Shown: piece by piece, positions 10,159 to 20,062 of the stretch
How the letters are laid out: each line of letters begins with the position of its first letter
How positions within the stretch are numbered: position 1 is the stretch's first letter
Assembly: GCA_965219415.1 (NCBI GenBank)
Contig: CBDCNP010000002.1
Location: forward strand, 4,128,001-4,192,000
Direction of reading: 5' to 3'
Origin: Candidatus Marinacidobacterales bacterium
Lineage (GTDB): Bacteria > Acidobacteriota > Vicinamibacteria > Marinacidobacterales > DATDRI01
Length of the DNA stretch: 64,000 nucleotides
Position numbers and translations under genes: made by a program
The notes under the pieces: generated by a model
Told to the model about the DNA's origin: nothing
What the model saw: the letters and a program-made list of their open reading frames with translations, nothing else
Database searches by the model: none

Positions 10159-11580
10159 TTAGTAGACCGCCAAATACCGGTCCAACTCCCACTCGTGGAC
10201 TTGGGCAATGTAGTCGCGCCACTCCGCCCGCTTGGCCTCGATAAAGTTAGCCAGGATGTGGGGAGTCAATGCTTCTTGGACGACCTTGTCCTTCTCGAGG
10301 GCGTCCACCGCCTCTCGGAGATCACCGGGCAGCTCGTAGATCTTCAACCGACGCCTCTCCCGTTGACTCATGTTGTAGATGTTCTTGTTCACTGGAGGGC
10401 CGGGCTCGATCCGGTTCTTGATCCCGTCCAGGCCCGCTTTCAACATCGCCGCCAACGCTAGATACGGATTCGCCGAAGGATCCGGCATGCGCACTTCGAT
10501 GCGGGTGCCCGAACCCCGTTTCTCTGGGACCCTCACCAGTGGGCTTCGGTTGCGCATGGACCACGCCACGTTTGTGGGTGCTTCGAAGCCCGGGACCAGC
10601 CGTTTGTAAGAATTGACCAAGGGATTGGTGATGGCGCAAAAGCCTCGCGCGTGACGAAGGATGCCGCCGATGTAGTGGAGTCCGGTGTCTGAAAGCTCGT
10701 GCTCCCCCCGTGGGTCATAGAAGGCGTTTTCCTCTCCGCGGAACAACGACTGGTGGGTATGCATGCCGGAGCCGTTGATTCCGAAAATCGGCTTCGGCAT
10801 GAACGTCGCGTGGAGCCCATGTTCGAGGGCCACATGTCTCACAATGAAGCGGAATGTGGCGACATTATCCGCAGTCGTAACCGCTTCCGCGTACTTGAAA
10901 TTAATCTCGTGCTGCGCGGGAGCCACCTCGTGATGGGCAGCCTCGACTTCGCAACCCATTGCTTCGAGAGCGTTCACGATGTCACGCCGCGCATCCTCGC
11001 CCCGATCCACAGGAGTGAGGTCGAAGTAGCTCCCCGCATCATGTGACTCGGTGGTGGGGCCATTCGCCCCTCTCTGAAAAAGGAAGAACTCGGCTTCCGG
11101 CCCAGCCATCATCGTAAAGCCCAAGGCCTTCGCCTCCTCGGTCATCCTTTGCAACGCCAGGCGGGGACAACCTTCGAACGGAGTGCCATCGGGGTGGTAG
11201 ATGTCGCAAATGAGTCGGGCCACCCGATTGCCAGACCCGTCCGATACATTGGCCAATACATCGACTCCATTCGAGGACCCGTTGGTGCCCGAAAAGGGAA
11301 GGATTCGGAAGGTCCCGAGATCGGGACGCAACACCATGTCCGACTCCTCGATGCGCACGAAGCCCTTGATCGACGAGCCGTCGAACGCGATCTCGCCATC
11401 GAGGGCCTTTTCGAATTGCTGAAAGGGGACCTCCACGTTCTTGTTCACGCCAAGCATGTCAATGAACTGGAGCCTCATGAAACGAACCCCCAACCCGCGG
11501 GTCGTGTCGAGAATCTCTTGCCTCGTCCAATCCGACTTGGGCTCGTACTCCACGGTTCCCGGCGGGGCGGAAGCTACCAT
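10159..11580 (-). CDS. glnA: type I glutamine synthetase
   Basis: FDGSSI.GF..IEESDM, HHEVAPAQHEI, FMPKP.FGINGSGMH, NSYKRLVPGFEAP, RIEVRMPDPSANPYL. Confidence 0.95.
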   Translation of the reverse strand: MVASAPPGTVEYEPKSDWTRQEILDTTRGLGVRFMRLQFIDMLGVNKNVEVPFQQFEKALDGEIAFDGSSIKGFVRIEESDMVLRPDLGTFRILPFSGTNGSSNGVDVLANVSDGSGNRVARLICDIYHPDGTPFEGCPRLALQRMTEEAKALGFTMMAGPEAEFFLFQRGANGPTTESHDAGSYFDLTPVDRGEDARRDIVNALEAMGCEVEAAHHEVAPAQHEINFKYAEAVTTADNVATFRFIVRHVALEHGLHATFMPKPIFGINGSGMHTHQSLFRGEENAFYDPRGEHELSDTGLHYIGGILRHARGFCAITNPLVNSYKRLVPGFEAPTNVAWSMRNRSPLVRVPEKRGSGTRIEVRMPDPSANPYLALAAMLKAGLDGIKNRIEPGPPVNKNIYNMSQRERRRLKIYELPGDLREAVDALEKDKVVQEALTPHILANFIEAKRAEWRDYIAQVHEWELDRYLAVY

Positions 11581-11639
11581 AATGTCCTGTCCTTTCGGTT
11601 TTGGGTTAAAAACGACGGGGTTTGCGTTCCCCAGCCGTG

Positions 11640-11700
11640 AGAGTACACAGATGATGTCTGTTTGTCAACCAAAAGCTACCTCAATGGCAATTGTTTGCCA
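11640..11700 (-). promoter_or_regulatory. putative sigma70 promoter of glnA with upstream palindrome
   Basis: Minus strand TTGACA-N17-TACTCT; TGGCAA-N4-TTGCCA at 11685-11700. Confidence 0.5.
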
Positions 11701-11740
11701 ATTTATTGTTGTTTCGCCTATCTAAATTGCAAAATTGTAT

Positions 11741-12212
11741 TGCCTTGGTGCACAACTCGCGATCTCGGTCCACAATTGTCCTGTACTCGCGGATACGAGG
11801 TTCCCCATGAGCATTTTCAAACCCACTCAGCGGAAGTATGTGAAGAAGGCCTATCGCGTGAGGAATTGGCGTGAATATGAGGCGGGTCTACGCAACCGCG
11901 GGAGCCTGACCGTCTGGATCTCGCTCACCGCCGGCAAGCTTGTGAACTGGGACGCGCCCCGGCCAAGGAGGAGGAAACCGGGCCGTCAACACAAGTACTC
12001 GAACCACGCCATCGAGACGGCTGTCACCCTGGGCATGGTGTTTCATCTGTCATCTAGGCAGAGCGAGGGATGGTAGTGGGGTCTTTTGAAATTTCAAAAG
12101 ACCCCACTACCCGAGGGATTGCTGCGGTCGTTGTTCGCTCTGATGAAGCTAGACAATGATGTGCCCGATCACACCACGATCTCGAGGCGCAAGCCGAAGC
12201 TGGGTAAGGTCC
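11741..12212 (+). mobile_element. IS5-family (IS903-like) 5' fragment
   Basis: YRVRNWREYEAGLRNRGSLTVW, VPDHTTISRR; cut by end B at 12213; terminus tgccttggtgcacaact also at 49861. Confidence 0.8.
12072..12111. mobile_element. 40-bp perfect palindromic micro-MITE with 8-bp TSD
   Basis: ggtagtggggtcttttgaaa|tttcaaaagaccccactacc flanked by cgagggat on both sides. Confidence 0.85.
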
Positions 12213-12616
12213 TGTGCCTTCTGTTTATTCATCCGCGCGCACCGAACTGGATTAGTCTCCGGTCTGCCGGCACCATGCCTACATGATTTCGTCGTTTGTT
12301 CGTGCTCTCATCTCTGCCTTCAAGGCTCGTCGCGAGCTGGCTCTCGAGAAAGTCGCTATTGGCAGCAGCTCTCTGGATCCGATTTCGAGGAACTCGATTC
12401 TCGGCCACAAGATACTCGTTGTGAGCAACTCCTCATCCATGGATCCTGAGATGTAGCTCAGTATGGTCTTCCAGCCATTGCGGCTCCTTCCGCTGAACTG
12501 GAATACGTATCCGACCGCCATGGCGGATTCAAGCAGCCTTTGGGAAGGTGCAAACTGCTGACCCGCTGGGCCTTCGAGTATTTTGACCAGACGCGTTCAA
12601 GTTTTTGGACACGACG
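12213..12616. repeat. linker: end B (with start of B transposase) plus outward-facing end F
   Basis: Starts tgtgccttctgtttattc, ends gtttttggacacgacg. Confidence 0.7.
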
Positions 12617-12741
12617 GCAACCCACGGCGCGGCTCGGACAGCACTCGAACGTATCTACTCAGGCAGCCGCACGATGGTAATAACGAAGTAGGCCGCCCGA
12701 GTCGCTCGCGGCACTCGACGCTGGGCCCATCCGCGTCCTGG

Positions 12742-12830
12742 GGTGCTTGCGCTGTTTACTGTTGGTGATGTGTACGCATCCCATTACAAACAAAGCGCTT
12801 ACGCTCCATTTAGCGCGCAGCGAAGTTCGT
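12742..12830 (+). mobile_element. partial IS1-derived MITE (family C1)
   Basis: ggtgcttgcgctgtttactgttggtgatgtgtacgc matches 21333 and 37922. Confidence 0.75.
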
Positions 12831-13157
12831 GAACCGCATCATCCACTCCTGGCAGCTTGCCGACTCCCGAACGGTCATGCGGGCGAGCCCTTCATCGGTA
12901 TGCCCATCCGTTACGTCGAGCAGATCCTTCTCCAATAGTCCGATTCCGAGTAGGAGTCGGTCAGCACGTCGGTGGGAGCGTCATGCATGCATCGCAGGTT
13001 ACGGGTGTGCCTGCTGTTACCGCCGCGAGAATGGCGAGGGGCGGCCTCGAGAACGAGAACGCTGGCGCCGGCCGGCGAGGCGTGCGCTGGGGGCGGCGCA
13101 AAGGGCCGCGTTGCCGCCACCTACGACTAGTACGTCATAGCTCCCGCCGGCCTCCAT
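12830..13157 (-). pseudogene. tcuA: FAD-dependent tricarballylate dehydrogenase TcuA-like, N-terminal fragment
   Basis: YDVLVVGGGNAALCAA, RGGNSRHTRNLRCMHDAP; frameshifted and truncated at the MITE. Confidence 0.75.
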
Positions 13158-13223
13158 CACCCAACGCTCCCCGTTTGTCTCCTCGCCACCAAAACAACTC
13201 AATCTGAAGGCTGTCCCCCCGAC

Positions 13224-13970
13224 TCAAGTCATGAACCGGCCACCGTTCACGTGCAAGGTTTGGCCGGTAACGTAGGTGTCCCGCGGATCCGCCAGAGGGA
13301 GCGCGGCCCGCGCCACATCCTCAAGAGTGCCCCGCGGGCGGTCCTTCTCGTCGCCGGCAAAGTGAGGTTCCGTCTGGCCGGGTGTTCGCGTCGTCTCGAT
13401 CACGCCCGGAACGAGACAGTTCGCTCGAATGTGACCGAGCCCCTCTTCGGCAAGTGCACGGGTGAGCCCAACCAGACCCGACTTGGCGGCGATGACGTGA
13501 GCTCGCTCCCTGGCGGGGCGATGAGCGCTCAGACCTCCGATGTTGACGATGGCGCCGCGCCGATCGGCGGGAAGCCGCCGGAACATCTCTCGGGAGGTGA
13601 GAAAGGCACCGGTGAGAATAACGTCGACCACTTGTGACCATTGCTGGCGTGTAATGCTGGTGAATGATTGGTGGATGCGGTGAGCGGCACCGTTGATCAG
13701 TATGGAAACTTTGCCCAGCTCGGACTCGACACGATCGAAGGCATCGATGACGGCTGTCTCGTCGGCCACCTGGGCCAGTATTCCCATCGCCTCGCTTCCA
13801 TTTGCGGCCAGGCGGTGGACGGCTTCATCGAGCGCGTTCTGATCGGAAACACCGATGACGCAGACGCGGGCCCCGGCGGCGCGCAACGCCTCGGCAATCG
13901 CCAGGCCGATGTTGCGGGTCCCGCCGGTAACCAGCGCCGTCTCCGCATGAAGGTCAACATTCCATTCCAT
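13224..13970 (-). CDS. SDR family oxidoreductase
   Basis: ALVTGGTRNIG, AAKSGLVGLTRALA, YVTGQTLHVNGG. Confidence 0.85.
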   Translation of the reverse strand: MEWNVDLHAETALVTGGTRNIGLAIAEALRAAGARVCVIGVSDQNALDEAVHRLAANGSEAMGILAQVADETAVIDAFDRVESELGKVSILINGAAHRIHQSFTSITRQQWSQVVDVILTGAFLTSREMFRRLPADRRGAIVNIGGLSAHRPARERAHVIAAKSGLVGLTRALAEEGLGHIRANCLVPGVIETTRTPGQTEPHFAGDEKDRPRGTLEDVARAALPLADPRDTYVTGQTLHVNGGRFMT

Positions 13971-13993
13971 AAGATCCCCTTGCTCGGCTACGG

Positions 13994-15436
13994 CTAATGC
14001 GACGTCAGAAGAGAGGTGAGCTCGCGCACTGAAGCGAGCGCCTCCAGTTTGCGAACCCTCTCGATAATCCGATCGGAGTGAGAGCCGTCCCAGCCCGCGA
14101 ACGAGGCGCACTCACGGAACTTGTCCGCCGCCTCGTCATAGCTCATGGGGTCGGACGGGCTGCCTTTTCCGAAATCCGAACGGCCCGAGATCGTACGGCC
14201 ATCGTTCAGGTGGATGTCGATGATGGTGGTCATCTTGTCATAGCCGGCCTCCTCCGCTTCGGGATGGACGCCGAAATGCACTTTGCCGATCATTTCCTGC
14301 ACATCGGCACGGTTGACGACTCCGTCCGTGAACTCCGGCAGGCCGCCCCGTCGCTCCAAGAGCAGGATGGCCATGCAAAACTCCATCGAGAACTTCGCCT
14401 GAAGCTCGTTGGTGGGGCGGTGGTGGATGAGAGCGTTGGGCATGTTGTGGTTCGTGCCCACCTCGACGCGGCTGACCTGATCCGATTTGATGTCGTGCTC
14501 GCGTATCAGCTCGAGCATCTTCGTCATGCCCGGATGCGTTAGGGATCCGGAGGGGTGCGGCTTAATGGATACGCCGGGATCGACGAAGGTCCAAGGGTTT
14601 CCCAGTTTACCCTGAATGGCCTCTAACTGGTAACCACCTCCGTGTGCCTGGAAGAAGCCGCGCGGCGATTCGAGGATTCGGTCGGTGGCGGTCCAGCCGC
14701 TGCGGGCGAACTCGGCGGCCACCAGACCCGATTCGGCGGCTCGGCCAGCGTGGAACGGCTTGGTCATGGTGCCGAAGTTCTCGCGTAGTCCAGCCGACTG
14801 GCTCGCCGCGATGGCGAGGGCTCGCAACGTTTTCTCCAAGTCGAGCTGATAAAGCTTCGCGGTTGCTGAAGCCGAGGCGAGCGTTCCGCAGGTGGCCGTG
14901 GAGTGGAATCCGTGCTGGTAGTGACGCGGCGACATGGCTTCCGAGATCTTGGTCTCGACCTCGACTCCTATGTGATAGGCAAGCATGAGTTCGCGACCAG
15001 AAAGATCTTGACACTCGGCGATCGCCAGCGCGGCCGGCAGACAAGGTGCGGTGGGATGGGTCAGCAAGCCGTACACCCGGTCCGACCCCACCGCGAGCTG
15101 CGTATCGTCGTAGTCGTCGGCATGCATGGCCACACCGTTCGCGAATGCCGCAAACCGCTCTCGGGCCTGGAAATTCGTACCGATGACGGTTGCCTGCCCA
15201 CCGAGTTTCTGCGATCGCAGGTACTCTTGAACGATACGCCCACTTTCCGCGACCGAACCCGATAAGGCGAGCCCCAAACCGTCCAAGATAGATTTCTTGC
15301 CGCGGTCGACCAGTTCGACTGGCAGAGCGTTATAGCCGGTCTGGACGATGAAAGAACCCACTTCTCGCGTCAGGCCTTCGCCACGACGCGAATCGATGTC
15401 GGGGGTAAAGCGCTCAAACCTTGGGTCGGCGGTCAT
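13994..15436 (-). CDS. MmgE/PrpD family protein
   Basis: HADDYDD, GFHSTATCG, NFGTMTKPFHAG. Confidence 0.9.
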   Translation of the reverse strand: MTADPRFERFTPDIDSRRGEGLTREVGSFIVQTGYNALPVELVDRGKKSILDGLGLALSGSVAESGRIVQEYLRSQKLGGQATVIGTNFQARERFAAFANGVAMHADDYDDTQLAVGSDRVYGLLTHPTAPCLPAALAIAECQDLSGRELMLAYHIGVEVETKISEAMSPRHYQHGFHSTATCGTLASASATAKLYQLDLEKTLRALAIAASQSAGLRENFGTMTKPFHAGRAAESGLVAAEFARSGWTATDRILESPRGFFQAHGGGYQLEAIQGKLGNPWTFVDPGVSIKPHPSGSLTHPGMTKMLELIREHDIKSDQVSRVEVGTNHNMPNALIHHRPTNELQAKFSMEFCMAILLLERRGGLPEFTDGVVNRADVQEMIGKVHFGVHPEAEEAGYDKMTTIIDIHLNDGRTISGRSDFGKGSPSDPMSYDEAADKFRECASFAGWDGSHSDRIIERVRKLEALASVRELTSLLTSH

Positions 15437-15448
15437 AGATGATTTTCC

Positions 15449-16954
15449 TCATCGGTCTGTAGCACGGAATCGTTTCAGCGACGCCTCGAGAAAAGCGCGC
15501 AGGGGAGAGTATAAGACGCTGGCCGCAGCGAATGCGAAGAACGTGAGCGCAACGGGTCGGCCTAGAAACCCGGTCCACTTCTGATCGAAGATGATCATGG
15601 ATTGAGCGAGCGATGTCTCGACTAGCCCACCGAGCACCAATCCCATGATGATGGGTGCGGGACCGAATCCGTGCCGTTTGAGGCCGAATCCCGCCAAGCC
15701 CGCTGCCAGCATGACCCAGACATCGACCATCGATTGTTTGAGACCATAGGAGCCTACGAAGCAGAGCACGAACACCGTGGGCCATAACAGAGTCTTGGGA
15801 ACGAGGCTGATGCGGGAGAAGATCTTGGCCCCAGCCAGCCCGACGAAGAGAAAAAGGAGGTTGGCTAGGAACATCGCGAAGAAAATGGAATACAGCAACG
15901 CGGGCTGTTCTTGAAAGAGATGAGGCCCGGGGTGCAGCCCGTGGACCTGCAGTCCCGCCAGGATCACCGCAGCGGTTGCACTACCGGGGATGCCGAGGGC
16001 GAGTGTGGGCACCATGGAACCGCCGGTGGCAGCGTTGTTCGCGGTCTCGGGACCGGCGATACCTTCGATGGCTCCATGACCGAACTCTTCCGGCGACTTG
16101 GACCAGCGTTTGGCTTCGCTGTATCCAATCATGGCCGCCATGGTGCTGCCTTCCACCGGCAGGATGCCGACGAACGTGCCGATCACGCACGAGCGCAGCA
16201 TGGTACCCCGCACTTTCCGGAAGTCTTCGCGAGAGGGAAGCTTGAGGGCGGAGAGACCGACGCTTTTGACCTCGAGTCCCAGCTTTTGCGCTTGTTCCAA
16301 CAACTCGGTCACGGCGAAGAGGCCGATGAGGACGGGGATGAAGTCGATGCCCTCGTAGAGCTCGGGGAAGCCGAAGGTGAACCGCTCCACACCGGTTGTG
16401 AGATCCACGCCCACCGTGGCGATCATCAATCCCAGGCAGCCGCCGATGAGGTTCTTGAGCGGAACCTCTCCGCTCAGGGAAGCGAGCATGGAGAGCCCAA
16501 AGATTGCCAGCGCGAAGTATTCAGGCGGTCCAAAGCTATAGGCGATGCGGGCCAGTGGGGGGGCAGCGACCAGAAGGACGAAAATGCTGAAGATACCGCC
16601 GACCACGGATGAAACCGCGGCCATACCCAGCGCTCGTCCGGCCTCACCCTTGACCGCCATCGGATACCCGTCGAACGCAGTGGCGGCAGCGGGAGGCGCT
16701 CCCGGCGCGTTGATCAAAATGGCCGTGATCGAGCCCCCGAACGTTCCGGCGCAGTACAGTGCCGAGAGCAATGCGATGGCGGGGACGGGGTCCAAGTACA
16801 GGGAGAACGGGAGAAGGAGGGCCACCGCCATCGACGAGGACAATCCGGGCAGCGCACCCACCAGGACGCCACCGATGGTTCCGGCGACGATCAGAAAGAT
16901 GACAAAAGGATCTGCCACCATCCGTAAAGCGATTTCTAGCCCGGACGCCTCCAT
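15449..16954 (-). CDS. tctA: tripartite tricarboxylate transporter permease
   Basis: GALPGLS, GGSITAILINAPG, PETANNA, LALGIPGS. Confidence 0.92.
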   Translation of the reverse strand: MEASGLEIALRMVADPFVIFLIVAGTIGGVLVGALPGLSSSMAVALLLPFSLYLDPVPAIALLSALYCAGTFGGSITAILINAPGAPPAAATAFDGYPMAVKGEAGRALGMAAVSSVVGGIFSIFVLLVAAPPLARIAYSFGPPEYFALAIFGLSMLASLSGEVPLKNLIGGCLGLMIATVGVDLTTGVERFTFGFPELYEGIDFIPVLIGLFAVTELLEQAQKLGLEVKSVGLSALKLPSREDFRKVRGTMLRSCVIGTFVGILPVEGSTMAAMIGYSEAKRWSKSPEEFGHGAIEGIAGPETANNAATGGSMVPTLALGIPGSATAAVILAGLQVHGLHPGPHLFQEQPALLYSIFFAMFLANLLFLFVGLAGAKIFSRISLVPKTLLWPTVFVLCFVGSYGLKQSMVDVWVMLAAGLAGFGLKRHGFGPAPIIMGLVLGGLVETSLAQSMIIFDQKWTGFLGRPVALTFFAFAAASVLYSPLRAFLEASLKRFRATDR

Positions 16955-16960
16955 CGTTTC

Positions 16961-17449
16961 TCAGGAGAACAACGCTGCTAGCACGCCGAGGGGAAAGCGT
17001 ATGCCCAGCGCCAGCGTGAAGATCGCATGAATGGCCAAGGGCAGTACGACCGCCAGGATGGCGATCCGGTGGAACCGCCTCTCGCCCCAAGACAGCGGCA
17101 TGAGGATCGCCAAAAGCGCAACGGTGAGCAGCATGCCGAGTGGTCGCACCAGGAGCACCGAAAGCGTGATGATGCCGGCGGTCAGAAAAACGGTTGGTCC
17201 TATTCTTTCTTTGGCGCGATGGGTCTTGGTTAGCCCCTTGGCGATGAGGCCCATGCTCAAGAGAGTGATGCACCCCAGGACCAGCCGTGGAAAGAACGTG
17301 GGAGGCACGTTCTGAGAAAGCATCGCGGGCACTTCGGGAAAACCCCTCGTTAGCCAGAACAGGACGCCGCAGATGGCCACCAATCCGACGCCGACGAGCG
17401 CGTCCGGGTACGCCGCCAGGACGTTCCACCTTCGAGTTGTGGGTGCCAC
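16961..17449 (-). CDS. tctB: tripartite tricarboxylate transporter small subunit
   Basis: Hydrophobic 162 aa, PTFFP, located between tctC and tctA. Confidence 0.8.
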   Translation of the reverse strand: MAPTTRRWNVLAAYPDALVGVGLVAICGVLFWLTRGFPEVPAMLSQNVPPTFFPRLVLGCITLLSMGLIAKGLTKTHRAKERIGPTVFLTAGIITLSVLLVRPLGMLLTVALLAILMPLSWGERRFHRIAILAVVLPLAIHAIFTLALGIRFPLGVLAALFS

Positions 17450-17465
17450 GATGCCCGACCGAGCC

Positions 17466-18449
17466 CTACTCTTTAATGATGCCCAGGTCGATCATCGCTT
17501 GGCGGGCGTCACGATACAGGCGCGCGATTTGCGCATTCCAGATCTCGCTGCCCGCAACGGATCGGATGTCGAGCCCCGAGCCTTTGAGGTAATTCTGATA
17601 ACGGGGGTGCCGCATCCCCTCAAGCAGGCCCTGTTCCAGGATGCGAATGCGATCCTCGGGTGTGCCTTTGAGGACGACGTATCCACGAACCGTCGAGAAC
17701 GTGACATCGTATCCGAGCTCCACGGTGGTTGGGACGTCCTGGATCGCATCCATTCGCTGTTCGGCCATGACGGCCAGGGCTCGGAAATCACCGCGTCGGA
17801 TTCGATCGAGCCCCTCGGTCAGATTGAGCCCCGCGGCATCGATGCTTCCGCCCATGAGGTTGGTGACCACCTCGCCGCCGCCGCCGAAGGGTACGACGCT
17901 TAACTGGGTATGGGCCACCCGAGCGAGCGTCGCCCCCGCCACGTGGTCAACGCCACCGATTTGCGTCGCGCCCCACTTGATGGGTCGCTGCTGGCCAAGG
18001 GCAATGAGATTGGCTAGCGTCTTGGTGTCGCTGGACGCGCGGACCATCACCACGATTGGGTCGTCCGCCGCGCGTGCGACTCCGACCAAGTCTTCGATGC
18101 GGAGCGGACCCTGGCTGCGAGCGAGCGCAAAAAGGTGGGTCGGTGTAATGCCCATCATGCTGTAGCCGTCTCGAGGCTGCGTGGCAAAGTAGCTCATGGA
18201 CACCATCCCCCCGCCGCCGACTTTTGGAACCACCGCCATGTCGACGCCGAATGCCAGCTCTGCACCTACCAACATAGCCCGCGCCGTGGTATCGGTTCCG
18301 CCTCCCGGAGACGCGTGGGTAATCACATCGATCGGTCGGGACGGGAAACTTTCCTGGCCCCCTGTGGCACATGAGGTGAAGCTAACCGCGGCGAGGACCC
18401 CGACGGCGGTCGAGCTTTTTAGGTATGGGTACGCGTGCGGAAGGAACAT
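17466..18449 (-). CDS. tctC: tripartite tricarboxylate transporter substrate-binding protein
   Basis: FPSRPI...SPGGGTDT.AR, DGY, VPFGGG, DVPT.VELGYD. Confidence 0.9.
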   Translation of the reverse strand: MFLPHAYPYLKSSTAVGVLAAVSFTSCATGGQESFPSRPIDVITHASPGGGTDTTARAMLVGAELAFGVDMAVVPKVGGGGMVSMSYFATQPRDGYSMMGITPTHLFALARSQGPLRIEDLVGVARAADDPIVVMVRASSDTKTLANLIALGQQRPIKWGATQIGGVDHVAGATLARVAHTQLSVVPFGGGGEVVTNLMGGSIDAAGLNLTEGLDRIRRGDFRALAVMAEQRMDAIQDVPTTVELGYDVTFSTVRGYVVLKGTPEDRIRILEQGLLEGMRHPRYQNYLKGSGLDIRSVAGSEIWNAQIARLYRDARQAMIDLGIIKE

Positions 18450-18637
18450 TCGATAACCTCACTATCCGCTACTATCCTAGCGGCATTCTACACTCCCACT
18501 GTGCCTTGACGACTAGGGATAACTGAAGGCATTGTGTTTTGCGCCTTTCTTGCCTCTCCACAATCGCTCATGATACGCTCCCATTCGTCTGAACGGGCAA
18601 CTACACAACCTTCGAGGCAGTCCGCCACACACGGCTC

Positions 18638-19852
18638 ATGAAATTTCCAATCGTTGGCCGGCGACAGGTCCTGAAGCTCTTCGGCGGGGTCGCAGTGAGC
18701 GCGCTTTCGGGGCTCCGTGTCCCGCAAAGGCGCCGCGATTGTATCGGCATCGTCGGAGGAGGGATTCTGGGGAGCTCCATCGCCTACCATCTCGCGAAGC
18801 GCGGCGCAGAAGTTACCCTCTTCGAAAAGATAGGTCCGGCAAGCGGCGCCACTGGAAATTCCTTCGCGTGGATCAATGCGGGGTTCTCGAAAAAACCCTA
18901 TTCGTACTACCAGCTCAATCGGCTCGGCGCCCTCGGCTATCGCCACTTGGAGCGCGAGCTCCACGGCGAGCTTCGTGTGAAGTGGGGCGGAAGCCTCGAG
19001 TGGTTCGGGGATGTCGAGAGGGCCCGAAAGCTTCGGGAGCAGGTGTCGCACCATCAAGCCTGGGGCTATCCCGTCCACCTCGTCGACGAGAAGGAATTTC
19101 GGTCTCTCGAGCCCGAGGTCGAGCCGGGGCCAGTCTTGGCGGCGGCTCACTCCCGAACACGAGGGGAGCATCGACCCGGTGGCGGCGACTCGAGCGCTTT
19201 GGAATAAGGCGCGCGAGCTCGGTGCCCGCATGGAGTCTCCCTGTCAGGTTCGTGAGCTCGACTTGCGTTGGGGTGAGCTGCGCGGCGTCAAGACCTCGAT
19301 CGGTAACTTCGAGCTCGACGTACTCGTCGTGGCGGCGGGGGTCGACACGCCGAAGGTAGCGGCGATGGCCGGGCTCCGCGTGCCGCTGAAAGATTCTCCC
19401 GGCCTCCTCGCCCACACGAAGCCCACCGCTGAGCTCATCGGCCGGGTCGTCTCGCTCCCGGCGCCCATATGAAGCAGAAACTCAACGGACGCGTCGTCAC
19501 CGGGAGCGGCTTCGGGGGCAGCCCTACTACGGATACCTCGAGAGAGCAGGGCGAGCGGATGCTCGAAGAGGCCGAGCAGTTCCTCCCCCGGCTTGGCGGA
19601 GCGGAGCTCAAGCGGGTCACCCTCGGATGGCGCCCACTTCCCGAGGATGATCGTCCGATCGTCGGCTTCAGCGACGGCGCTCCCGACGTCTACATCGTCG
19701 TCATGCACAGCGGGGTCACGCAAGCGCCAATCATGATGGGCCGGCTCGTCGCCATGGAGGTCCTGGACGACGTGCGTGTGGATTTACTGAAGGACTTCCG
19801 GCTCTCCCGTTTCGAGGGGAAACGAGAGACCGGCGTCTCCTTGCTCCGATGA
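18638..19852 (+). pseudogene. FAD-dependent oxidoreductase (DAO/glycine oxidase-like), two frameshifts
   Basis: GGGILGSSIAYHL, GATGNSFAWIN, GWRPLPEDD.P, MHSGVT across three frames. Confidence 0.8.
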
Positions 19853-19981
19853 ACTTCAGCCAGCCACCCGTTAGGGGATCTAATTGTGAGCAACCGGCGC
19901 ATCTGCGCCGCCCTAATCGGTTCGCCCTTTGTCACACAGCCCAGGGTGATTCAGAGATTTCTTCAGTCGATTCGCATCCCC

Positions 19982-20062
19982 CGTCCTGTGCCAAAACTCG
20001 GCCCTTTTGAAATAGACCGCAAATCAGCAGCTTAGACGCCCTTGGAATCCGCGCAGAATCCA
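19982..20062 (+). repeat. left part of an A-B' linker interrupted by IS3
   Basis: Matches 42774 onward up to gcagaatcca; resumes as gggtat after 21323. Confidence 0.85.

Noticed and set aside
11685-11700. Sigma54 promoter for glnA
   Set aside because: TGGC to TTGC spacing is one base short of the strict -24/-12 consensus; kept only as a palindrome
18638-19852. Programmed frameshifting in the oxidoreductase, htrA, IS256 or rsbU-like genes
   Set aside because: No slippery motifs noted; decay or long-read indel errors are sufficient and cannot be distinguished here
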